Assembly: GCA_965248055.1 (NCBI GenBank)
Contig: CBDFIJ010000004.1
Span: forward strand, 1,792,001-1,856,000
Origin: Candidatus Multivoradales bacterium
GTDB taxonomy: Bacteria > Acidobacteriota > Thermoanaerobaculia > Multivoradales > JAHEKO01
Length of the DNA: 64,000 nucleotides
Reading direction: 5' to 3'
Part shown: piece after piece, positions 50,965 to 60,875 of the stretch
Position numbering within the stretch: the stretch's first letter is position 1
Layout: each line of letters starts with the position of its first letter
Program-made: the position numbers and the translations under genes
Notes under the pieces: generated by a model
Seen by the model: the letters and a program-made list of their open reading frames with translations, nothing else
Databases searched by the model: none
Told to the model about the DNA's origin: nothing

Positions 50965-52608
50965 CTAAGACTCGATCTTTATCGCCTCGGCAACCGATTG
51001 AATCCACACACCCTCATTAGCCTCGTAGGTGCCCTCTTTCTGGTTGAGCCGCGCCATCTCCGTGCCGCCAGCATGGTGGAGACCGATGAGCTTCCACTGC
51101 GAGTTGAAGACCGGGCTTCCCGAGCTTCCGCCCTCGGTCGGCGCGCGGTAGTGCAGAAGTGGCGCTTGGTGGTCGAGAAGCACATTGTCTTGAATTGAGA
51201 AAGAAAGGGAGCCCCCCTTAGGATGGCCGATGACGTAGACACGTTGTTCACCATCCGCGAGTGGTAGCCGCGGTGCCAGCGGATAAGGCTCAAGTCCCGC
51301 AGGGTTTTCTTCAAGCCGCAATAGGCTCGCATCCAGTTCCCAGGGAGGCGAGCTCCAAACAATCTGAGCCACCGAGTACTCATCGTCGTCCCTGGTCTCT
51401 TCTTTGAGCAACTGAAAAGTGACGATGGCGTCGTCGGGACGAAGAGCGCCCCGCACCGCCGGATCTTCACTGACAACATGGGCGTTGGTGAGCAGCATCA
51501 GTTCATCGCCAAACGGCTCATGCAAGTCACCTCCTCGAATGATGAAGCCGGTACCGAAGCCCTGACCCGGTTGATATTCAATGCGCGCGACCGCGCGAGC
51601 TCGATCGATGCCCTTCAGCATGAACTTGTAGTTGACGTAGCGGACCTTGCCAAAGGTTTTTTCGAAATTTTCCGCGTGTGAACCCTTGAGTGCGTTGGAG
51701 TTCAGATGCTGTGGTTGAATGTCCAGGGAGCCACCTTGACGGTTCAGCAGCTCTGCCTTGAGTAATGGCAACAAGCTTGATCCTGGGTCGCTGTCAAGGT
51801 CTAAACGCCAGACCTCCTCGAGTTGCCGCAATGTGCTCGCCAGATGAAACGCCTCAAGATGCGGCTCACTGACGTAACGACTGAGCCAGCCACTGGCTTC
51901 AGTTGTCTTACTTAGGGCGATGCAGGCCTCCATCGCGGTTCCAGAGTCCCAGGTGGTCGCCTGGCCGTTGCTCCATTTCGCGGTCAACAAGTCAAGAATT
52001 TCCTGGGCGATTGTCATCGATCGCGCGGCTGTGTCAATAGTGGCCTGCACCGGTACTCCATCGACCGCTGCCCTTCGCAGCGTGGCAACGGCATTGATCC
52101 CATGCCAACTGTGCTCTGTAGGATCGCTGACGTACGCGGAGTGATACCAGTTAATCGATTGGTTTAAAGCTCGCCGAGCCTCGGCACTTTCAGGGTTGTC
52201 GAAATCGACGTAAATCTGCTTGTAGGCTCGTCCCAGAAGTCCGCGTGCTTCGGAGTGTTCAACTGCGTGTTCCTGTCGATCAGCTGTCTGCTGGACAAGG
52301 TTGTCCAGAAAAGAAATGGCTGCGCACAGGGCTCCTTGATCCAGTAGTGCTTGCGCGTAGTGCTGGCGAATCCGTGGCGCCTGTACTCCGGTCTGTAAAA
52401 AGACGTCTGCTACGCGCTGAAGAAGATTGAAATAGCGTTGGCGTTGGAGGTGTCCGAGAACCTTGCCAGCAGCACCGGACTCGTAGAGTTCGGTGTTTGT
52501 TCTCAGACGTTCGATCAGACGCTCACACAAACGCTCGGTTCTAGCTCGGTCGAACGCGTTGACCGCCGTGTTGAGTTCCCCTTCGAAGTGATCCGGATCC
52601 CAAGTCAC
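50965..52608 (-). CDS. TPR-like (DUF4071/TRAF-binding-like) domain + trypsin-like serine protease
   Basis: GLLGRAYKQ, WHGIN, W..GT.ME; triad TNAHV / LDAS / GGSSGSP; no signal peptide. Confidence 0.88.
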   Translation of the reverse strand: MTWDPDHFEGELNTAVNAFDRARTERLCERLIERLRTNTELYESGAAGKVLGHLQRQRYFNLLQRVADVFLQTGVQAPRIRQHYAQALLDQGALCAAISFLDNLVQQTADRQEHAVEHSEARGLLGRAYKQIYVDFDNPESAEARRALNQSINWYHSAYVSDPTEHSWHGINAVATLRRAAVDGVPVQATIDTAARSMTIAQEILDLLTAKWSNGQATTWDSGTAMEACIALSKTTEASGWLSRYVSEPHLEAFHLASTLRQLEEVWRLDLDSDPGSSLLPLLKAELLNRQGGSLDIQPQHLNSNALKGSHAENFEKTFGKVRYVNYKFMLKGIDRARAVARIEYQPGQGFGTGFIIRGGDLHEPFGDELMLLTNAHVVSEDPAVRGALRPDDAIVTFQLLKEETRDDDEYSVAQIVWSSPPWELDASLLRLEENPAGLEPYPLAPRLPLADGEQRVYVIGHPKGGSLSFSIQDNVLLDHQAPLLHYRAPTEGGSSGSPVFNSQWKLIGLHHAGGTEMARLNQKEGTYEANEGVWIQSVAEAIKIES

Positions 52609-52621
52609 AGATCGCTTCCCA

Positions 52622-53563
52622 TCATAGGTTCAGTTGGCGCACCAGCGTAGAGCGCAATCGATTACCGCCCAGGTACTTCGAGATGTTATGCCGCCAGCGG
52701 CCATAGTTTTGTTCATTAATGTCTAGAACAATCGCCTCAGATTCTCGGCGGTAGTCGTTGGCAACCTTTGGGTCGAGCCCGGCGACTGGATCCAGTTTGT
52801 CGTAAATATTGGCCCATCTCTCGTTAACAACGGTCTCTGGGAACCCATTGTCCCGACTCCACTCTGGTTGCAACTTGTCCTGGATTTCGTCCAAGCCGAG
52901 CGGGCTTCCAATGGTCATCAAAGCGTCGATCTGCGGACATTCGGTGACGCGTTTGAGGCAGTCATACGCGATCACCGTCCCCATGCTGTGACTCACCACT
53001 ATGTGAGGGCCAGCCTTTCGCGAGCCTTCCCGGATCGCTTGGACGAATCGATTGCGTACTTCATCTTGAACTCGATAGGTTTCGCCTTCTCGTGGTGTGC
53101 TCTCGCTGTTGAATAGATAGTGGTGGACGTCACGAAGGAAGGCCTTCATGAACCGACGTTTCAACCACCAAGGCAAAGGGATCCGTTCGAAGTCGACCGA
53201 CTCCATTTGATCCACGGAGGGCTGAAAATTATCATCGCCTTCTGGAGCCGCGGCCAGAAGCCCAAGTTTCTTCGTCAGGCTATCAATCCAGATCTTCTCC
53301 TCTTCTTCCTTGAGGCCGTCCCGCCAAGCCATTTCAGCGTCTTCATCTGTCTTCACAATGACACTGTCGTTACTTTCGTGCTCGGCCATTTCTTTTTGAG
53401 GGTTCTTGTACATCACATCGGCCCAATAGACCATGCTGGAAGTAACCCCTTCAGCGCCTAGATCGAGCCCTTCATCGCGGGCTAGTGACTCGCGCCAGAT
53501 CCGGAGCAAAACATCCCGAGATGGTTTGTTTGCGATTCCATGAACGAAAGTTACGTGTGGCAT
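52622..53563 (-). CDS. Alpha/beta hydrolase with acidic insertion
   Basis: FVHG, SHSMG nucleophile elbow, TIGSPLG, DPV, C-terminal His. Confidence 0.88.
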   Translation of the reverse strand: MPHVTFVHGIANKPSRDVLLRIWRESLARDEGLDLGAEGVTSSMVYWADVMYKNPQKEMAEHESNDSVIVKTDEDAEMAWRDGLKEEEEKIWIDSLTKKLGLLAAAPEGDDNFQPSVDQMESVDFERIPLPWWLKRRFMKAFLRDVHHYLFNSESTPREGETYRVQDEVRNRFVQAIREGSRKAGPHIVVSHSMGTVIAYDCLKRVTECPQIDALMTIGSPLGLDEIQDKLQPEWSRDNGFPETVVNERWANIYDKLDPVAGLDPKVANDYRRESEAIVLDINEQNYGRWRHNISKYLGGNRLRSTLVRQLNL

Positions 53564-54058
53564 AGTAGCTTTCCACTCACTCTTCAAAAATCGACTGACC
53601 CTGCTTGGCAACTACCCTACCATTGAGCCGCTCCGGCTCATCAACGAAACCATCTTCCGGCATCAAAGTCGCTCGCACTTTGTCTCCCCAGGACTCGCGA
53701 ACTTCGGACTGCCCAAGTAATTCGATAATCTCGAATCATGAACACACCTACCTGGCACGGATGAACGACAAGGGAAAACGCTGAGTCTTACGAGCGTTTA
53801 CTGGAGATAGAAATCTTTCCGGGAAGCGCGGCCAAACAATTGGCTGGATACCGTCATGTTGAACTATTCTGCGGTTGGGTTGACTGGCGCCAAGGTGAGT
53901 TGTGACCGTCATGTGGTTTGACGACCTGGTTTCTGTACGCCAGTTCGCAGGAGATGCCTATTTGGGCAGATGAAGCGAGGAGAATTCTTGCTCGATTAGA
54001 TGAATAGTCTATGCATTTTGAAGTACGCCAGAGTGTGTCGGCATCCAAGGAGGTGTAG

Positions 54059-54985
54059 GTGAAGATCGTAGTGTTTGGTGCTGGCGGGGTCGGCGGTTAC
54101 TTCGGGAGTCGTTGGAGCGAGGCTGGACTCGATGTCACCTTGGTCGCCCGAGGAGATCATCTAGAAGCCGCTCAACGATCTGGGATGAAAATCGTGAGCC
54201 CGTTGGGAGACTCCCTCGTCCCGGTGCCGGTCACAGACGATCCTTCCGCGATCGGTGAAGTTGATGTGGTCATTGTCGCAACCAAAACTTGGCAACTCTC
54301 TCAGGCAGTGCGAGTAATCAAACCTTTAGTGGGCGAAGAAACCATGGTCGTCGGGCTGCAGAATGGCGTCGAGACCGCTGGCCAGATCACAGAGGCTTTG
54401 GGCGCTGACCGTGCTCTGGGTGGGAGTTGCCGGATCATTAGTTACATAGAACAACCCGGAGTCATCCGCCACGTGGGGGCGGACCCCACCATCATCCTGG
54501 GTGAACTTGGCGGTGGAAATTCGGACCGTGCGCGACGCGTGGTGGACACCTTGAACCCAGCGCCCGGTCTCGAGGTTCACCTCAGCGACCAGATCGAGTC
54601 GGTGATTTGGCACAAATTCCACTTCTTTGCCCCGGTTGCCGGTGTCAGCTCGGTGACCCATGCCGCGATCGGGACAATGCGGTCCACGCCTCAAGTACGC
54701 TCGATGCTGCGAGCCGCGATGGATGAAGTGGTCGCAGTGGCGCAAGCCAATGGCATCACAATGGATGACAACACCACCGACCGTTCGCTGGCCTTTGTCG
54801 ACAAGCTCCCAGAGAACGGCACCAGTTCGATGCAGCGCGATTTTGCCGCTGGGCGGCGCACCGAACTGGAATCTCTGAATGGTGCCGTGGTGCGCATGGG
54901 ACAACAACTGAACGTCGCGGTACCGGTGAACGCACTTCTGTACGCTGCCTTGCTCCCTCGAGAACTCCATGCCCGTACCAGATGA
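54059..54985 (+). CDS. panE: 2-dehydropantoate 2-reductase
   Basis: GAGGVG, ATK, LQNG, WHK, SSMQRD, TELE..NG. Confidence 0.93.
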   Translation: MKIVVFGAGGVGGYFGSRWSEAGLDVTLVARGDHLEAAQRSGMKIVSPLGDSLVPVPVTDDPSAIGEVDVVIVATKTWQLSQAVRVIKPLVGEETMVVGLQNGVETAGQITEALGADRALGGSCRIISYIEQPGVIRHVGADPTIILGELGGGNSDRARRVVDTLNPAPGLEVHLSDQIESVIWHKFHFFAPVAGVSSVTHAAIGTMRSTPQVRSMLRAAMDEVVAVAQANGITMDDNTTDRSLAFVDKLPENGTSSMQRDFAAGRRTELESLNGAVVRMGQQLNVAVPVNALLYAALLPRELHARTR

Positions 54986-56028
54986 GCATGAGGTTGATCA
55001 GAGGGCGTTTCCAAGGCCTGGGACATCTTCGTCATTTAGGGGTATCTTGGGTCATGACCCAAGATATCGCTGAGAAACGTATCCGAGCATTGAGATTCTG
55101 GCAGGAGCATGGGATCGATGCAGCGATCGATGCATTTTCGGTGAGCCGGAGGACTCTGTACCGCTGGAAGTCTCGTCTTGGTAGGTGCAAAGGAAAGCTA
55201 ACCTCTCTAAACCCTCAATCAACAGCTCCGAAGAAAAGAAGACGGCGCAAGTGGCCAGCTGAGGTGGTCTCTGAGATCGGTCGATTGCGGGTCAAAGAGC
55301 CCAATCTTGGCAAGGACAAGATCTATCCGCTGTTGAAACCCTGGTGTGAAGTAAGGGGAATTCCCTGCCCCTCGGTGAGCACCATCGGCCGCATCATTGG
55401 CGATGCTCCCGACAAGATGCGCTTGGTGCCTCAAAGGATTGATCGCCTGGGTCGAGTGAAAGCAAAACGAAAGCGTAAGCCTCGCAAACCTAAAGGAACC
55501 AAGGCATGCTCGCCTGGCCAGTGGGTGGCAGTAGATACCATCGAGCGATTCTGTGATGGCCAACGCCGGTACTTGATCACTCTGACCGATGCCGCCAGCA
55601 GCATGAGTCTGGCAATAGCCACCAACTCCCACACCTCGAGCACGGCAGCGCGCTTTCTGGACCTGAGCCTTGATGTCTTGCCATTTGCTGTTACTACCGT
55701 GCTCTCAGACAACGGTAGTGAGTTTCAAGGAGCCTTCGACAAGAAAGCTGCTGAGGCTGGAATCAAACGCTGGTACACCTACCCCAGGTGCCCGAAGATG
55801 AACGCCCAAGCCGAGAGATTCAATCGAACCATCCAGGAGAAATTCGTTGACTACAACGAAGACTTGCTCTTCACTGACCTCCAAGCTTTCAACCAAAAAC
55901 TCTTCGACTGGATGCTCTGGTTTAACGCCGAAAGGCCCCACTGGAGCCACGGACAAAGACCACCGCTACAATACGTAGCGGAACATACCGATCAGTGCCA
56001 AATGTCATGGACGCATACAAACTCTTGA
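54982..56028 (+). mobile_element. IS481-like transposase (HTH + integrase core)
   Basis: SRRTLYRW HTH; AVD / SDNGSEF / AERFN DDE triad; probable right end ...GGACGCATACA at 56019. Confidence 0.85.
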
Positions 56029-56181
56029 CGGCCGAGAAGGCAGTCGCTACCCTTTTGGAGTTGAAAACTCATTTGGTGGCGAACGTAGTTGGTTCGGTTT
56101 GGGCTAAACAAGCTGAAGACAAACGACCGGCCGTTCGTCATCTGTAGGCAGTGCAACTTGGCTGTCAAAAAGGAGATGATG

Positions 56182-57774
56182 ATGAGCTTGGATCACAACC
56201 CCGCAACCTTGGCCGCTCCTGAGCCTTTCTTTGTCGGGGAAGAGCAAACAGATAGGAACCTAGTCTTCCTTCTCGACCCTCTCGTGGGGCAGGGAATGCG
56301 CAGTGATGTCGAGATCTCGATCCCGGGGCGCACCACCTACACCGGCAGTCCGGTGGGATTCAAAGACCCCATTGCGATTCAATACATCGCCGCCCACTTG
56401 GAATCGAAGGGGTTTGAAACGTTGGTGATGATGAAGGCGCTAATGGAAGACCGGGAAATTCTTGGCAGACTTAGCGACGTCGAAGATCGACTACTTGCGA
56501 TCTGCATCGCTCTGCACTCGACTTACATGGTCCCGGGAGCCTTGGAGTTTGCGCGTAATCTCAAAACTTCCTTCCCAGATATTCCACTGATTGTCGGTGG
56601 CTATCACCCCACCGGAGATCCCGAAATCGCCCTCGACCCATCCATCGACTTTGCCATCCTGGGAGAAGGAGAAGCCGCTTGCGAAGAGTTACTTCGCGGG
56701 CTGCAAAACGGTGCAACCAGTGATGACTTCGCCAACATGCCCGGCCTCGCCTTTCGTGGTTCTAACGGCGAAATGATGGTGACCCCCCGGGGGCCACGGG
56801 TAGAGTTTTCAGAGCTGCCGTGGCCCAAACGTGAGCAGGAGATCTTGGATCTGTGTCACCCTGGGCCGCTCTCCTATCCGCCGGTAGGTAACGTCGCCCA
56901 AATCGCCTACTCGCGTGGCTGCCCCTACGGTTGCAACTTCTGTGCTTCGGTGGGAATGTGGAAACGGATCGTCAACTACCGTGAGCCTGCCGACGTGGCG
57001 GCAGAAATGAAACACCTGATCACGCACCACGGGGTCAACAATTTTTTCTTTTGTGACCTTTCTTTCAACGGCGTCAAAAAGAAGCTCTTGGAACTTTGTG
57101 ATCACACCGAGCAGCTTGCCGTCGAAGTCGATGTCGAATTTGGCTGTCACGTGATGTGTACCAGCACCATCATCGACGAGGAGGTTCTGGCGCGGATGAA
57201 AGCAGGTCGATTCTGGAAAATCGATTACGGACTCGAAGACGTGCTGGAGGGAACCATCAGCCGGATCAAGACCTTCCAAAAGATCAGTCGCATCCGCACC
57301 ACTTTGGACCAAACTAATCGCTACGGCATCTTGATGCGCGGTTTGATGATGATCGGCTATCCCTGGGAGACCGAAGAGACCATGAATATGCGTGAGGAGC
57401 TTATTGATCAGTTCTTGGTCGACCAACTGCGGCTGTGTTTCTACACCCCATACAAAGGCACACCGCTTTACGACGAGGTCAAAGATCGCATTATCGTCGA
57501 GGCCGATGGCATGACCACTGACCGGCCGGCGATTCGCTGCGGCGGTATTTCCTCTGAAAAGTTAATGGCCAGCGTGCCGCGCCTGTTGCGGCGGCTGTAC
57601 AACTCGGATAATTACGCAGCACACATCGCCCAGAAGTGTGGTGATTTCCCTGAACTGGCGCCCTCGTACGACCACTTCTTTCAGTATCTTCACAAGAAGG
57701 AACTAACGACGGCTGCTACCTCTGAACGCTTGAGGCTGACTACCGAGCGAAGCCTTCTGGCGATCGGAGCGTAA
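56182..57774 (+). CDS. Cobalamin-binding radical SAM enzyme
   Basis: VGGYHPT, GEGE, SRGCPYGCNFC, MIGYPWET, TPYKGT; AAGGAG RBS. Confidence 0.92.
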   Translation: MSLDHNPATLAAPEPFFVGEEQTDRNLVFLLDPLVGQGMRSDVEISIPGRTTYTGSPVGFKDPIAIQYIAAHLESKGFETLVMMKALMEDREILGRLSDVEDRLLAICIALHSTYMVPGALEFARNLKTSFPDIPLIVGGYHPTGDPEIALDPSIDFAILGEGEAACEELLRGLQNGATSDDFANMPGLAFRGSNGEMMVTPRGPRVEFSELPWPKREQEILDLCHPGPLSYPPVGNVAQIAYSRGCPYGCNFCASVGMWKRIVNYREPADVAAEMKHLITHHGVNNFFFCDLSFNGVKKKLLELCDHTEQLAVEVDVEFGCHVMCTSTIIDEEVLARMKAGRFWKIDYGLEDVLEGTISRIKTFQKISRIRTTLDQTNRYGILMRGLMMIGYPWETEETMNMREELIDQFLVDQLRLCFYTPYKGTPLYDEVKDRIIVEADGMTTDRPAIRCGGISSEKLMASVPRLLRRLYNSDNYAAHIAQKCGDFPELAPSYDHFFQYLHKKELTTAATSERLRLTTERSLLAIGA

Positions 57775-57868
57775 AGCTAGAAAATTCACCGGATACCGGT
57801 CAAGCAAGCAGCGTGCTCGGAGAAACGATAGATTTGCCGGACGGACGGGACTCTACGTCAAGGTAACG

Positions 57869-58819
57869 ATGGCCGATCTACACCAACTGCTACTCAAAAC
57901 TAGCCGGACCTTTGGGCTGTCGATTCCTTTGCTTCCGAATCCAACTCGAAGCGAGATGACCCTCGCTTATCTGCTCTTCCGCATCGCAGACACCTTCGAG
58001 GACGCCGTCGGTTGGTCTACTTCGCGCCAGGTCGAGGCTCTCAAAGACTTTGCCGAACTACTCATCTCACGCGATCGGGTCGAGGCTCAACACTTGGCTT
58101 CACAGTGGTTGGATCAACCGCCGACGATGCACCAGGGCTACCTAGAACTCTTGGAAGCGACGCCCGCGGTGATTGAGGCGCTAGACGAACTCGACCCCGC
58201 AGCAGCTGAAATTCTGGTCCGCCACACCCGCCGTACCGCCTCTGGGATGACCGAGTTCGTCAACTCAAGCTCTTCAACCGGTGAGCTTAGGCTGGAGAAT
58301 ATGGCAGCACTGCGTCGCTACTGCTATGTGGTCGCCGGGATCGTCGGCGAGATGCTCAGCGACCTATTCGTTCTCCGTTGTGCTGCGCTCGCTGACTATC
58401 ATGCCGAGTTGATGCGGGGGTCAGAGCTTTTTGGCGAAGGACTCCAGTTGGTCAATATCCTGAAGGATTCAAACACCGACGCCAGCGAAGGCCGAGTCTT
58501 TATTCCCCCCGCGGTCAACCGTGGAGCAATTCTTGAAGTTGCCCATCGTGGCCTGGAGGGCGGAGCTCGCTACATCCTGTTGTTGGATCGCTGTCTGGCG
58601 CCGCGCGGGTTCGCCACGTTCCTCACGCTGCCGCTTTTGCTCGCTTGGGGAACGCTGGATGGATATGTCCGCGAAGGTGCCGGTTTCAAACTGTCGCGAC
58701 CTCGGGTTGCCTCACTCTCAGCCGCCGTGGAGCAATTGATGAGCGGCCCCCCCGGTAGTCTGTCCTACAGTCAATTTCGTGCGGCCTATGCTGACAGCAG
58801 CCAACCAGAGACGACCTAA
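57869..58819 (+). CDS. Squalene/phytoene synthase family protein (squalene synthase-like)
   Basis: SRTF, RIADTFED, YCYVVAGIVG, GLQLVNILKD...EGR. Confidence 0.9.
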   Translation: MADLHQLLLKTSRTFGLSIPLLPNPTRSEMTLAYLLFRIADTFEDAVGWSTSRQVEALKDFAELLISRDRVEAQHLASQWLDQPPTMHQGYLELLEATPAVIEALDELDPAAAEILVRHTRRTASGMTEFVNSSSSTGELRLENMAALRRYCYVVAGIVGEMLSDLFVLRCAALADYHAELMRGSELFGEGLQLVNILKDSNTDASEGRVFIPPAVNRGAILEVAHRGLEGGARYILLLDRCLAPRGFATFLTLPLLLAWGTLDGYVREGAGFKLSRPRVASLSAAVEQLMSGPPGSLSYSQFRAAYADSSQPETT

Positions 58820-58878
58820 ATAGACCCGGCAGCGGGAACTTCCAGCAGATAACGTGCGTAGGAATGGGGTGGGTGAAG

Positions 58879-59220
58879 ATGAGTGAGACCATCAGTTGGG
58901 CTGAATTTGAGGCCGTCGAGATCCGCGTCGGCACCATCGTCAAAGCCGAACCGTTTCCCGAGGCGCGCAAGCCAGCCTACAAACTTGAGGTCGATCTCGG
59001 CCCTGAACTGGGGATAAAGAAATCCAGCGCCCAAATCACCGACCTCTACTCGATTGAAGAGCTGGTCGGTCGTCAGGTGGTAACGGTGACCAACTTCCCG
59101 GCCAAGCAAATCGGCCCGGTTCGATCCGAGATCTTGGTCACCGGGTTTTGCCGACCAGACGGCGCGGTGGTCTTGGTTGTCCCCGACAAACAGGTGCCCA
59201 ATGGAACTCGCTTGGCGTAA
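58879..59220 (+). CDS. csaA: tRNA-binding/export chaperone CsaA
   Basis: EIRVGTI, ARKPAYKL, SSAQIT, NFPAKQIG. Confidence 0.93.
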   Translation: MSETISWAEFEAVEIRVGTIVKAEPFPEARKPAYKLEVDLGPELGIKKSSAQITDLYSIEELVGRQVVTVTNFPAKQIGPVRSEILVTGFCRPDGAVVLVVPDKQVPNGTRLA

Positions 59221-60049
59221 GTACAGACCCAACGACAAGATAGCTGCCTTCTTCTTGATGGTGGCGTTGGCTCATACACCTTTTCTCTTGGCGAAGCCAT
59301 CGTCTGCGGTGAGACCCCCGACCCTACTCCTGTCCCTGTCCCTGTCCCAGCCCCAGCCCCAGCCCCAGCCCCAGCCCCAGCCCGAACTCAATATCCTGTT
59401 CATCGGCAACAGTCTGACCTACGCTAACGATCTGCCAGATACTCTCGAGAAACTGCTCGACAGTGTTGGGGTTAGGGTGGGCTCGATTGAGGCGGTCGCC
59501 TACCCCAACTTTGGGCTGCAGGATCACTGGCGTGACCGTCGCACCCGCCGACAACTGCGCTCCAAACCTTGGAGTGTGGTGGTCCTGCAACAAGGACCCT
59601 CTGCCACCGAGGGGCGCCCTTCGTTGCTCGAGTACTCGGCTATCTTCGCCGCGGAGATGCGCAAGAGCGGGGCACAACCGGGGCTTTACATGGTCTGGCC
59701 TTCGAGACAACGAGCTTTCGATTTCGATCGCGTCTCCGAGTCCTACCGGATGGCGGCCGAGCAAGTGGATGGATGGCTGTTTCCAGTCGGAGAAGCTTGG
59801 CGCGCAGCGTGGTCCCGCACTTCCGACCTGCCGCTCTACGGCCGCGACGGCTTTCATCCGAGCAGGCTCGGCAGCCTGTTGGCGGCGTTGGTGCTGAGCA
59901 AGCAGCTAGCCAACGTCGACCTTCAAGATTTCGCGGTAACTCAATCCTTAATCGAGCTTGGAGTACCTGCGCTGGTGGTTCCCCTGCTCACCCAGGCGGC
60001 AGAAGAGGCGATCCAAACCCATGGTCGTCAACCAGTAGGCACTCTGTAA
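59201..60049 (+). CDS. Secreted SGNH/GDSL hydrolase
   Basis: LFIGNSLT, VVLQ, PVGEAW, DGFHPS; start codon uncertain. Confidence 0.85.
   Translation: MELAWRKYRPNDKIAAFFLMVALAHTPFLLAKPSSAVRPPTLLLSLSLSQPQPQPQPQPQPELNILFIGNSLTYANDLPDTLEKLLDSVGVRVGSIEAVAYPNFGLQDHWRDRRTRRQLRSKPWSVVVLQQGPSATEGRPSLLEYSAIFAAEMRKSGAQPGLYMVWPSRQRAFDFDRVSESYRMAAEQVDGWLFPVGEAWRAAWSRTSDLPLYGRDGFHPSRLGSLLAALVLSKQLANVDLQDFAVTQSLIELGVPALVVPLLTQAAEEAIQTHGRQPVGTL
59330..59383 (+). repeat. Hexamer tandem repeat (CTGTCC)3(CAGCCC)6
   Basis: Read directly; encodes LSLSLS(QP)6. Confidence 0.9.
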
Positions 60050-60072
60050 GAAAGCCTCGTGGCAGACGATCG

Positions 60073-60846
60073 CTAGCTTTTGCTGCTGCGGGCAAAAACC
60101 AGATGGTCGTCAGTGGATAGGCCAGCGTTGAAGCGATAACCATCCTCAGCGAAAGCCTTGAGACCTTGGGGATCCTCAATGCGATTCTGGATCTGAAATC
60201 GAGCCATCATGCCGCGCGCTTTCTTGGCGTAGAAAGCGATGGTCTTCGGCTTGCCGTCGCGGACTTCTTGGAACGAAGCCGCCACTAGGCGAGGCTGCAG
60301 AGAACTCACCGGCACCGCTTTGAAATATTCAGTCGAAGCCAAATTCAGAACCGCGGATACCGGCTTCTTTGCATGCTCGGCATTGAGGCGATCGACCAAG
60401 CGTTGACCCCAAAATCGATACAGGTTGTCCCCTCGGTCGGTGCCCAGCTTAGTACCCATCTCCAAGCGGTAGGGTTGCATCAAGTCGAGCGGGCGCAGCA
60501 TGCCGTAGAACCCGGACAAGATGCGCAGGTGGTCCTGCGCGTAGACCAGGTCTTGTTGGGTCAAGCTAGCTGCGTCAAAACCTTTGTAAACATCTCCTTG
60601 AAACATCTGGATGCAGGCTTTGGCGTTACCAGCGGTCGAAGGAAACTTCATCTGCTGAAAACGGTTGTAATTGAGCTCGGCGAGCGATTCACTGATTCCC
60701 ATCAGCTCGCGTAGGTCGTTAGCACTCAACTTGCGGCACCGGTCTAACAGCAGTTCGGTGTCGTCCTGAAACCAAGGCTGGGTCGTGGGCAGGCCGCTGC
60801 TGGGGGTTTCATCCAGAGTCTTTGCGGGTGAGATCAAGGTCAACAA
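60073..60846 (-). CDS. yaaA: Peroxide stress protein YaaA
   Basis: ISPAKTL, GDVY, YRLEMGT, NLAS.EY, KKARG. Confidence 0.95.
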   Translation of the reverse strand: MLTLISPAKTLDETPSSGLPTTQPWFQDDTELLLDRCRKLSANDLRELMGISESLAELNYNRFQQMKFPSTAGNAKACIQMFQGDVYKGFDAASLTQQDLVYAQDHLRILSGFYGMLRPLDLMQPYRLEMGTKLGTDRGDNLYRFWGQRLVDRLNAEHAKKPVSAVLNLASTEYFKAVPVSSLQPRLVAASFQEVRDGKPKTIAFYAKKARGMMARFQIQNRIEDPQGLKAFAEDGYRFNAGLSTDDHLVFARSSKS

Positions 60847-60875
60847 AAGTCAGTTCTCCATCAAGGTTCAGCCGG

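Noticed and set aside
53580-54050. A third gene of the hydrolase-protease module
   Set aside because: Only short frames without a convincing start or motif
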